DNA of 64,000 nt from positions 224,698 through 288,697 of IMG/VR virus record IMGVR_UViG_3300020473_000010; one strand, written 5' to 3'. The notes beneath the pieces were generated by a model. It made no database searches. It had not been told where the DNA came from and saw only the letters and a list, made by a program, of their open reading frames with translations. Position 1 is the stretch's first letter; every line of letters begins with the position of its first letter. The position numbers and the translations under genes are program-made. Below, piece by piece: positions 57,215 to 64,000 of the stretch.

Positions 57215-57445
57215 TTATTCAGCACTTTTTTTATTTTCTTTTTCAACAGTTTCTAGTGTCCTTGGAGAGAAAGAATCAATCCAGCCATCAATATAAACTA
57301 AAAGTTTATCCCAATCTGAGTTTTGGGTTGAACGTGTAATTACATCAACAACTATTCCAATTGGTTTTTTTACTGATATTGGCGCCTTGTTTCGAAAGAC
57401 ATCTTTCAAGGTAACGAGATCCCCTTTCTCGTATCTATTGTCCAT
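57215..57445 (-). CDS. Small 'GDLV' SH3-like protein
   Basis: YEKGDLVTL...IGIVVDV...LLVYIDGWI. Confidence 0.62.
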   Translation of the reverse strand: MDNRYEKGDLVTLKDVFRNKAPISVKKPIGIVVDVITRSTQNSDWDKLLVYIDGWIDSFSPRTLETVEKENKKSAE

Positions 57446-57761
57446 GGACTCTCTCCAAGAGTTTAAATGAGCTTCCCACCAATACTACCTCTTTGCCTTC
57501 GACTAAAAACCAGTGGTGTTTTCTAGTACCGTCAATTAACCAATCATCATGTGTATGTCCTAAATACATCATCACAGGATGTTTATTATCAAGTTTTTGA
57601 TTTTTTGTTAAATATCCTTTCCATAATTTTATATGCGTTATATTGTCGGGGGTTTTTTCTAGTAGGGTTTTAAATCCATAATTTGTGTTTTTTACTTGGT
57701 TCCATATAGCACTACTAATAGGACGGTATAATTCACCAATTTTCATATGCTGTACATACAT
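57435..57761 (-). CDS. Hypothetical protein (diverged SH3-like)
   Basis: GAGGTG SD; MKIGELY...WFLVEGKEV. Confidence 0.6.
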   Translation of the reverse strand: MYVQHMKIGELYRPISSAIWNQVKNTNYGFKTLLEKTPDNITHIKLWKGYLTKNQKLDNKHPVMMYLGHTHDDWLIDGTRKHHWFLVEGKEVVLVGSSFKLLERVHGQ

Positions 57762-57801
57762 TTATCACCTCAATATAATTATACCTAAATTTCTAGAAAT
57801 G

Positions 57802-57839
57802 AATAAAGGGAAATTCAGAATTCTGAATTTCCCTTTATT
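57802..57839. repeat. Perfect 38-bp palindrome (possible terminator or cruciform)
   Basis: AATAAAGGGAAATTCAGAA|TTCTGAATTTCCCTTTATT. Confidence 0.85.
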
Positions 57840-57870
57840 ATTATATAAGATAATAGTGAAGTTAGTAGTT

Positions 57871-58977
57871 TTATTTTCTACCAAGTTCTCTTGAAGCTTG
57901 AACTGCTTTCACAACATCTTGGCCCATAAGTTTATGCATTTTTTGGATATTCTTGATATTGGCAGACTGAGTGATTGAGTTCCAGACTTGAACCATCATC
58001 TCTCCGGGAAGATTGAGAGCGAAGGCTGAGAGATTTTTACACTCTTTTTGGGTCCAAGAATTCTCTTTACAGTGGTGACCGATTTTATCGATGACGCCAT
58101 TCAAGGTAGAGTTTGGAAGATTAGTAATGTCTTTTTTACTGACTTTACCTTTGAGAACATCTTCGGCAGAAACTTGGCGTTCATATTCTTTAATGAACTG
58201 GCAGAAAGAGATAGCAGCTTCAGTGCCGACCATACCCAAAAGAAGGGCATACATGCCGTCTGGGTTTTCTGAACCAGCGACTGAAGATGGTGCCATATCC
58301 ATATGAAGAAGACATTCATTAACGCGGTGCCAAGAAGCTGGATTAGGACAAACTGTGCCGGGTTCGACAGATGAAGGGTCAACTCGCAGATGAGCTGGGT
58401 TTTGATTAATGAAATCAATCAATACTGAGTCGATATCATTATCACGGGCCCAAGAAATCCAATCTTCTGTAGATGGCTCAATGTCAGCAACCCAAAATCG
58501 ACGAAGAAGTGCTGGGTCCATTTCATTAACATCATACTCTGAACCAAAGTTGATGGCGGCGATTACGCGGGTTTCTGGGTGAAGACGATATGGAGTACCA
58601 TTTTTGTCATTACCAAGTTCTCGGTCGAGAACCAACTGGAAGAAAGACTGTTGAACGCCAGGAAGAGAGCGATTAAGCTCATCAAGCATGAGAACAACCG
58701 GCTCATTGCACGCCCGAACGAACCATGAAGGCATGCAAAAAGTCATAACACCGGTTTCTTTCATAGACTCAATGTCCGGATATCCGCCAACATCTCCTTC
58801 AGACATGGTTGAACCGCGAACATCGACGAATGGGATATTGTGATGGTCGGCGATTTGACGAGCAAGGTGAGATTTACCAACACCAGTTGGGCCGCGCATA
58901 AGAACTGCGATATGAGGGGGAAGGACAGGGGCCACTTTGTTGAAGGTGGCGATAGTGATAGGTGTCTTAGCTGACAT
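57871..58977 (-). CDS. MoxR-like AAA+ ATPase
   Basis: GPTGVGKS, LMLDELNR, QLVLDR, AAIN, MDPALLRRF, P.SW. Confidence 0.9.
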   Translation of the reverse strand: MSAKTPITIATFNKVAPVLPPHIAVLMRGPTGVGKSHLARQIADHHNIPFVDVRGSTMSEGDVGGYPDIESMKETGVMTFCMPSWFVRACNEPVVLMLDELNRSLPGVQQSFFQLVLDRELGNDKNGTPYRLHPETRVIAAINFGSEYDVNEMDPALLRRFWVADIEPSTEDWISWARDNDIDSVLIDFINQNPAHLRVDPSSVEPGTVCPNPASWHRVNECLLHMDMAPSSVAGSENPDGMYALLLGMVGTEAAISFCQFIKEYERQVSAEDVLKGKVSKKDITNLPNSTLNGVIDKIGHHCKENSWTQKECKNLSAFALNLPGEMMVQVWNSITQSANIKNIQKMHKLMGQDVVKAVQASRELGRK

Positions 58978-59009
58978 GGAAACTCCGTTTTTGGGTGATT
59001 GTTTTTTTC

Positions 59010-59049
59010 TTACATATGTAATTTAATCTATCTAGATGACTTCTACACA
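59010..59049 (-). promoter_or_regulatory. Promoter TGTGTAG-N16-TTAAATTA-N4-TGTAA
   Basis: Second copy, upstream of the AAA gene. Confidence 0.7.
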
Positions 59050-59076
59050 GGTTATTAGATTTTTTTTTAATAAAAT

Positions 59077-59298
59077 TCATAATTTAATTCCAAAATTTGT
59101 TTTTACTTTTTTAACCGGCGGGACTTGCAAATCAGAAAGATGGACTGAAATGATTTTCCCATCAGCCAAGATATCAGCAATCCCATAGGGATCATCATGG
59201 ATTTTAACGATTACTACACTTTCTGGGGTTTTTGGGGTTGAATTAATCTTTACCCAAATCGCCAGGTCTCCTTTTTTCCACGGGTATTTATTCGTCAT
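59077..59298 (-). CDS. Small 'GDL' SH3-like protein
   Basis: WKKGDLAIW...VVIVKI...DILADGKIISVHLSDL. Confidence 0.62.
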   Translation of the reverse strand: MTNKYPWKKGDLAIWVKINSTPKTPESVVIVKIHDDPYGIADILADGKIISVHLSDLQVPPVKKVKTNFGIKL

Positions 59299-59758
59299 CG
59301 CAAGCCTCTACCCAAGAAGCATCCCAAGCTTGTAAACCCATGGGACCCATTACATGTAAAACCCTATTGGCTGCTGACCGCCACTTATCATCTTCTGGCT
59401 CTACAATAACCCCAATGGCTCCTGCGTAAAGACCCATATTTTCAAGGTAGACTGAATGTCGGCGAAAAGCTGAGTTTTTAATCTTTACCAATTCACCAGG
59501 CTCAAAAGACCATTCTATTCTCAGTTTTCCGGCTGAGATATTCTCGCGGCGAGTATTTCTTGCCAGTTTTCGTCGGGTGGTCTTGAAATTATCTCCAGCT
59601 TCTCGGCGTTTCTTTTTAAGTTCTGCAAGAGCTTCTGTATCGTATTCACGACTTGTTTCTGGTTTTTGAGGGCCTTCCCAATTTTCGCCGGCTTCTTCAG
59701 CTTTGCGGCGTGCAGCTCTTATTTGCTGGGCTGCAGATTTAAGTATCATTCTGTTCAT
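59288..59758 (-). CDS. Basic helical protein with a C-terminal SH3-like domain
   Basis: Arg/Lys-rich N-terminus; FEPGELVKI...IGVIVE. Confidence 0.62.
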   Translation of the reverse strand: MNRMILKSAAQQIRAARRKAEEAGENWEGPQKPETSREYDTEALAELKKKRREAGDNFKTTRRKLARNTRRENISAGKLRIEWSFEPGELVKIKNSAFRRHSVYLENMGLYAGAIGVIVEPEDDKWRSAANRVLHVMGPMGLQAWDASWVEACDDE

Positions 59759-59786
59759 GGGAACAACTCCTTATTACTAATTAAGA

Positions 59787-59826
59787 TTACATACTTAATT
59801 TAACCTGTAATTTAAGAAGCTGCACA
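59787..59826 (-). promoter_or_regulatory. Promoter TGTGCAG-N16-TTAAATTA-N4-TGTAA
   Basis: Third copy. Confidence 0.7.
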
Positions 59827-59838
59827 GTTTTTTAGTTT

Positions 59839-60354
59839 TTAAATCCAGTCAAAGCTCGAATCATCTGATTTTTTCGGTGGGTTTTCTTCTGTTTCTTTTT
59901 TATCGCCTTCAATGATTTTTAGTTTTGGCTCACCTTTTTTTGTTGGTTTGGTTGGTGGCCTGGGCGGTACTGGGGCATCCCAGTTTTTCTCGGTGGGCAT
60001 GCCAGTAGTAAATGACTGAAACATTTCGTTAAGATCTGCTTCAATCTCCTTGTTGGTTGATGTAGGGCTTCCTAACCAATCTAGACACTGAAGCCACCCT
60101 TTGTCAGTCCATTTTTCAAGCTGACCTTGTAAAGAATAACCGTCCGGGTCTGCATCTGATGGGTCACCACCCATCATCATGATGAATTCTGCGGCGGTCA
60201 TGCGCGTAATTCTAATTCTATAACGCCCGGGTGTAGAATATTCTGCATGGGGATACTTTACAGAATAAGCCCACATAGACTCATACGATTCTGGGTCGTC
60301 AGTCTCTCCGCTTGCTCCAATTTGATATAGTTTTCTAGATCTATAGTCAGCCAT
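59839..60354 (-). CDS. Hypothetical protein with Pro-rich C-terminus
   Basis: GGAGAG SD; promoter TTGTAC-N17-TAATTT at 60376-60404. Confidence 0.65.
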   Translation of the reverse strand: MADYRSRKLYQIGASGETDDPESYESMWAYSVKYPHAEYSTPGRYRIRITRMTAAEFIMMMGGDPSDADPDGYSLQGQLEKWTDKGWLQCLDWLGSPTSTNKEIEADLNEMFQSFTTGMPTEKNWDAPVPPRPPTKPTKKGEPKLKIIEGDKKETEENPPKKSDDSSFDWI

Positions 60355-60405
60355 TTTCTCTCCATGTATAAATTTAAATTACATGAGAAAGAGAAAATGT
60401 ACAAA

Positions 60406-61515
60406 TTATGAAAGTATTAAATCTCTAATTAACTTTCTTAATGCTGCTTCACCAACAATAGGGTTCTCACCCAGTTTTCTATCATCTTCTCGAGGAGAAT
60501 TAAGAGTTTTTCGGAATATTCTTTCTGATTGTTGGCGAGCCCAATGGGAAGCGGATTGCTCATCGGGGAATTTTCTTTCTGGGGTTGATAAGTTTGGTTG
60601 AGAAATGCAGCTTACCTTTGATGAATATGTTCCATCTTCTGCATTTGCATACACTTCTACGTCGACATCAGAATAATCTTTCCAAGTATAGGGATCTGTA
60701 TCTAGTGTATGATAATTTCTTCCAATTTCTTCTTTTAAAATTGTTTCTCGGATTGTATATCTTAACAACCCATACCTTAATGCTGATTCTTGTACACCTT
60801 CGACATCTTTCATTAATTCAGCTACTTTTTCGCCAAAATCTTTTGTCGACTGGATTGCGGTCCGGGCGGCATTGGTGGCTTCATCGGCGATTGTGAGCAT
60901 TTTACTTGAATCAAAGGATCCTTCGCTTTCTTTGTTTGCGGCGTCGATAGCGTCGGCATATTCGCCTGGAAACATATTCATAGCCTGTTCTAGATTTTTT
61001 ATGATTGCTTCGCAGGCAGAAGCTGGATCATCTGGAGCATCTTTTTCAAATCCGCCGCCAAGTTCGACTTTTAATTTCATTCTTTTTATATAGAAATTAA
61101 GAATCCCTTTTACAGCAACCCATGCGTCGACGTGTTTCTGAAAGTTAGCCCAGTTATCATCGTTTTCGTCTGCTGGGATAGCATCAATTTGGACTGCTTC
61201 TTTCATTGCAGTATCAATCTGTTCAGATGAATCTTTTAAAAGACTTAATGCCGCATTCAAAATTATAACTTTATCTCGGGGTTTCGATGGGTCTAATTTG
61301 TCAAAATCTAATGCTTCTGGTTCTGCACCGACTGTTTTTTCAAATTCGCGGCGCCATTTATTTTCACCATCTTTTAGAAACCCCTCAACAGCACCCATAG
61401 CTTTGTTAACAGCACCGGTGACGGATTTTGACAAAGCTCCAAAAGCCTTGCCAAATACACCTTTGATTGTATCTAGAAGGCCGGCTTCAATTAACATTTC
61501 TTCGGTTAATCTCAT
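60406..61515 (-). CDS. Hypothetical helical protein, possibly an internal head protein
   Basis: CATATTTAT upstream; LTE/LIE/IRE/LKE motifs. Confidence 0.55.
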   Translation of the reverse strand: MRLTEEMLIEAGLLDTIKGVFGKAFGALSKSVTGAVNKAMGAVEGFLKDGENKWRREFEKTVGAEPEALDFDKLDPSKPRDKVIILNAALSLLKDSSEQIDTAMKEAVQIDAIPADENDDNWANFQKHVDAWVAVKGILNFYIKRMKLKVELGGGFEKDAPDDPASACEAIIKNLEQAMNMFPGEYADAIDAANKESEGSFDSSKMLTIADEATNAARTAIQSTKDFGEKVAELMKDVEGVQESALRYGLLRYTIRETILKEEIGRNYHTLDTDPYTWKDYSDVDVEVYANAEDGTYSSKVSCISQPNLSTPERKFPDEQSASHWARQQSERIFRKTLNSPREDDRKLGENPIVGEAALRKLIRDLILS

Positions 61516-61560
61516 ATAAAACTCCAACTGGATATAAATATGGTTTATTTAGTTTAGGTT

Positions 61561-62313
61561 CTAATATAAATCAATTTTGACACCAGACCATAATCTTAAA
61601 CTGACTTGCTGGAAATGTTTTTCCAGCAATCTCACAGGGATTTCAATTTTTTCTGGAGGGAGGTCTTCAGTGATTGTTTGGTTTCCGGTTTGCATAGGGC
61701 CTGAATAGCTTCCACCTGGGGCGGCTGTACAAGAGCCATTATTTTGATTACAATTTGTTGGAGATTGAGAAACTGAAACCATAGAATTTTGTTGCGATTG
61801 TGTAACTTTTTGTCTCTGAACATACGTTATTTGGTGTGTGTTAGTTACTGTACTTTTTCCTAAGATTTGTAATCTTTCATCATATAAATGAGAACTGATA
61901 ACAATTTGTTCATCAGTAATAGTAACGTTTGTTTCAAGTACCCAATGATTATTATCAAATGCGCATTTCATATAATCTAATTTATAATTGCAATTTTCCC
62001 ATGAATACTGTATTGTATCTTGGTTGTATATAAGAAATCTACCTTTGTGATTTAGGTTAAAAGGTTCATGACCACCATGGCCATTGTCTATTTTCATCAT
62101 ATGATAATGAGTTGCGGCATACCCAAAAACAATATCTTTTGGGATTGTATCGATGATTGCTTCTGAATGGTTAACTATATTGGGTGGGGCTACATATAAT
62201 TCAAAATCTTTGTTAGCTTCTACGATAATTGCAAGATCAGTTGGCATTGGTTCTTCGGCATACGTTGGGTTACATGCAAAAAAATTCATTATAAATAAAA
62301 AGTGGGAAAGCAT
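61561..62313 (-). CDS. Hypothetical exported/lipoprotein-like protein
   Basis: AGGAG SD before MLSHFLFIMNFFAC; Cys pairs. Confidence 0.6.
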   Translation of the reverse strand: MLSHFLFIMNFFACNPTYAEEPMPTDLAIIVEANKDFELYVAPPNIVNHSEAIIDTIPKDIVFGYAATHYHMMKIDNGHGGHEPFNLNHKGRFLIYNQDTIQYSWENCNYKLDYMKCAFDNNHWVLETNVTITDEQIVISSHLYDERLQILGKSTVTNTHQITYVQRQKVTQSQQNSMVSVSQSPTNCNQNNGSCTAAPGGSYSGPMQTGNQTITEDLPPEKIEIPVRLLEKHFQQVSLRLWSGVKIDLY

Positions 62314-62355
62314 ATTAATTCTCCTTGTACTTAAGGATAAATATGCCTCCCCTAA

Positions 62356-62395
62356 TAAAAGTGGGGGCGAGCCCCAACCACAAAGCTCGCCCCCA
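62356..62395 (-). terminator. Intrinsic terminator after hsp20, 11-bp stem, 12-nt loop
   Basis: TGGGGGCGAGC-N12-GCTCGCCCCCA then CTTTTATT on the - strand. Confidence 0.75.
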
Positions 62396-62427
62396 AGCAA
62401 CCCTCAACCATGGTTGCCTACACGGAG

Positions 62428-62877
62428 TTAATCTACTGTAATAACTCTACGTGTCTCCTTTACACCCGACGTCGGTACATCAATATGAAGAATGCCTGCT
62501 TCGTATCTTGCAGTAACACTGTCCACATTTGTTGCATCCGGAAGGGTCCAGCTACGAGTGAATGAGCTATAGCTCCACTCTCGGGCCACAACAGAACTCT
62601 CATAATTCTTTCCATCTTCAGTGTTAACTGTAATAGAAAGTACATTATTATCGATACTCATTTCGAAATCATCCCGGGAATACCCAGGCGCCGCGAGCTC
62701 GATTTGATAGCCTCCGTCTTTTTTCACAATATTCGCACGAGGAGTCATCTCAGAGATGCTCCGACGAGAATTGCGAGTAGATGTAGAAGGAAGAAAAATA
62801 TCGTCAAAATTTGTTAATAGATCAAATGGATTGTTGAAAAAAGAATTTTTAATTGTTGGATAAAGTCTTGTACTCAT
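62428..62877 (-). CDS. Small heat-shock protein Hsp20
   Basis: PRANI, IELAAPG, F.RSWTLP, A.YEAGIL.I.VP. Confidence 0.93.
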   Translation of the reverse strand: MSTRLYPTIKNSFFNNPFDLLTNFDDIFLPSTSTRNSRRSISEMTPRANIVKKDGGYQIELAAPGYSRDDFEMSIDNNVLSITVNTEDGKNYESSVVAREWSYSSFTRSWTLPDATNVDSVTARYEAGILHIDVPTSGVKETRRVITVD

Positions 62878-62910
62878 TAATGTTTTCTCCTGTTGTATGA
62901 CTTAATTTAT

Positions 62911-62961
62911 ATCCGTTATAACGGATGATATTATCTTACAAGGTTAATCAAATGTTTACAA
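62911..62961 (-). promoter_or_regulatory. Promoter TTGTAA-N17-TAAGAT followed by perfect palindrome ATCCGTTATAACGGAT
   Basis: -35 at 62956-61, -10 at 62933-38, palindrome at 62911-26. Confidence 0.6.
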
Positions 62962-62974
62962 AAAAATTTTTATT

Positions 62975-63139
62975 TTATTTTTTATTTGTATATGAGCGGT
63001 TTTTTAATTCTAGTTTTATAATTTTTTGGATTAGGGAGACGCGTTTCTTGGCATTGTATGCATCTTCCCTGTTTATGTACTTATCTAAATCATTTAAGTG
63101 CTTTAGTATGTGTTTAAGATCTACTTCTGTTAATGCCAT
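62975..63139 (-). CDS. Small basic helical protein (54 aa; below the ORF-track cutoff)
   Basis: MALTEVDLKHILKHLNDLDKYINREDAYNAKKRVSLIQKIIKLELKNRSYTNKK with AGAGAG SD; fills the gap on the coding strand. Confidence 0.55.
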   Translation of the reverse strand: MALTEVDLKHILKHLNDLDKYINREDAYNAKKRVSLIQKIIKLELKNRSYTNKK

Positions 63140-63189
63140 GGTAAGATTCTCTCTTTGTAGGATGGTGAAGGGTGGGAGTCGAATAGAGC

Positions 63190-63477
63190 CTAAATATAAT
63201 AAGGGTTTTCTCCAGTCGAGTGATCTGTAAGATCTACGATTCCTGTTATTTCCGGGAATTCTTCAGTAAGATACGCACCCACTTGTCCTTGTAATGTTTG
63301 TTTAGAAGCAGAACAGCCCTGACAGCCTCCACTTAATCTGACATGGAGTATACCTTCATCATCAAAATCCTCGATATTGAGATGGCCATCATGCCCTGCC
63401 AAAGCTGGATTGATGTATTCATCAACAAATTCTTTGATTTTTTCTTTAACTTCTTGCGGATTGAAAGATTCGGTCAT
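63190..63477 (-). CDS. NifU/NfuA C-terminal-domain Fe-S scaffold protein
   Basis: INPALAGHDG, LSGGCQGC.AS..TL, D.TDH..GENPYY. Confidence 0.9.
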   Translation of the reverse strand: MTESFNPQEVKEKIKEFVDEYINPALAGHDGHLNIEDFDDEGILHVRLSGGCQGCSASKQTLQGQVGAYLTEEFPEITGIVDLTDHSTGENPYYI

Positions 63478-63478
63478 A

Positions 63479-63895
63479 CTAAATTCCTGTATCTTCTAGC
63501 ACTACATCAATTTTTTCTGCCTCAAATGACCACAGACCTTGACACTCATATCCGTAGATGTCTAGCATGTAAGCTTGCAATCTACCAGAAAGATCTCCGG
63601 ATCCGATGACTTCCCATCTCATATTCATTGTCCATACACCATCGTCGCAGTCTTGTACTGAGTGTGTTGTGCAAGTATCCTGTTCCCACCTCTCGCTGGT
63701 TAAGCTGCAACCAATTGATTCGTCAACCTGAACGACACCGTTGATCACCTCTGCTTCAAGATCACCGATCGAGCCACAGTTGCCATCAACTGTTTTAGTC
63801 TCTATCTGATACAAGCCTGTTTGACCCTCTTGAGAACTGGTGCACGGTTCAATTTTTTCTGCCTCACAACCTAATAACACTAATAGAAAAAACAT
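63479..63895 (-). CDS. Cys-rich putative lipoprotein
   Basis: MFFLLVLLG-C lipobox-like leader, six further Cys, AGGAGG SD. Confidence 0.6.
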   Translation of the reverse strand: MFFLLVLLGCEAEKIEPCTSSQEGQTGLYQIETKTVDGNCGSIGDLEAEVINGVVQVDESIGCSLTSERWEQDTCTTHSVQDCDDGVWTMNMRWEVIGSGDLSGRLQAYMLDIYGYECQGLWSFEAEKIDVVLEDTGI

Positions 63896-63951
63896 AAAAC
63901 CTCCTGTTCTTATTAATTATACACTAAAAAAACAGAAGGTTTAAAAAAATA

Positions 63952-64000
63952 GTGGAGGCGGCGGGAGTCGAACCCGCGTCCGCAATAGTCTAAGTTTGAG
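63952..64000 (-). ncRNA. ssrA: tmRNA 3' end (truncated by the window edge)
   Basis: The - strand reads ...GGAC-GCGGG-TTCGACT-CCCGC-CGCCTCC-A: tmRNA-type T arm preceded by GGAC and an Ala-type acceptor strand; CCA not fully encoded. Confidence 0.8.

Noticed and set aside
62314-62400. Longer 279-aa start for the 61561 ORF
   Set aside because: The extension runs through the hsp20 terminator; the SD and late motif support ATG 62313.
63163-63240. Intact tRNA gene
   Set aside because: No 5' T-stem strand, anticodon arm or D arm; the upstream sequence is nifU coding sequence.
677-63609. Many short opposite-strand or alternate-frame ORFs in the track (e.g. 934-1278, 7679-8305, 34426-39022 group, 62925-63230)
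   Set aside because: They lie within long, motif-bearing genes or overlap better-supported ORFs, lack SD sites and read as antisense shadows.
1-64000. Eukaryotic giant virus origin suggested by GT47, GT34 and PMM
   Set aside because: Contractile baseplate genes, SD sequences, overlapping operons, sigma factors and tmRNA indicate a bacteriophage.
1-64000. Stop-codon reassignment, introns or inteins
   Set aside because: Genes translate full length in the standard code and end in TAA, TGA or TAG; no split genes or intein-sized insertions were seen in the conserved enzymes.

Overview
This is a 64-kb segment of an AT-rich jumbo (huge) myovirus-type bacteriophage genome. It uses the standard code and strong GGAG Shine-Dalgarno sites, and most genes lie on the - strand, many with overlapping start/stop codons. 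From left to right: (1) a contractile-tail baseplate module (gp7/P2-I-like protein with LamG-like regions, gp6, gp25, gp5-like spike) and a gp55-like late sigma factor; (2) a ~21-kb glycosylation island. The island carries GT2, GT4, GT10, GT11, GT32, GT34 and GT47-like transferases, sulfotransferases, FkbM methyltransferases and a gmd-colD-GT11-colC/fcl block that looks like GDP-colitose synthesis and transfer. It includes a counter-oriented six-gene cassette bounded by a 12-bp inverted repeat. (3) A 1709-aa modular tail fibre; (4) host-takeover and auxiliary genes: PIN-PhoH, a mini sigma region-4 protein, histone-like Hc1, a degenerate GroEL, a yeaH-spoVR-prkA triad, Nudix, cupin, HAD, cytidylyltransferase, DinG, class II aldolase, eukaryote-type PMM, a protease, a MoxR/vWA pair, Hsp20 and NifU, plus an expanded family of small 'GDLV' SH3-like proteins; (5) the 3' end of a tmRNA. 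The strongest candidate for an undescribed system is phage-encoded virion glycosylation: the island lies between structural genes, and some of those proteins are strongly enriched in a [ST][GA]S motif that could be a sequon. Three promoter classes and a candidate ~80-nt pseudoknotted sRNA with an anti-SD loop are also visible. All functional calls come from motif recognition by eye; no database searches were run.
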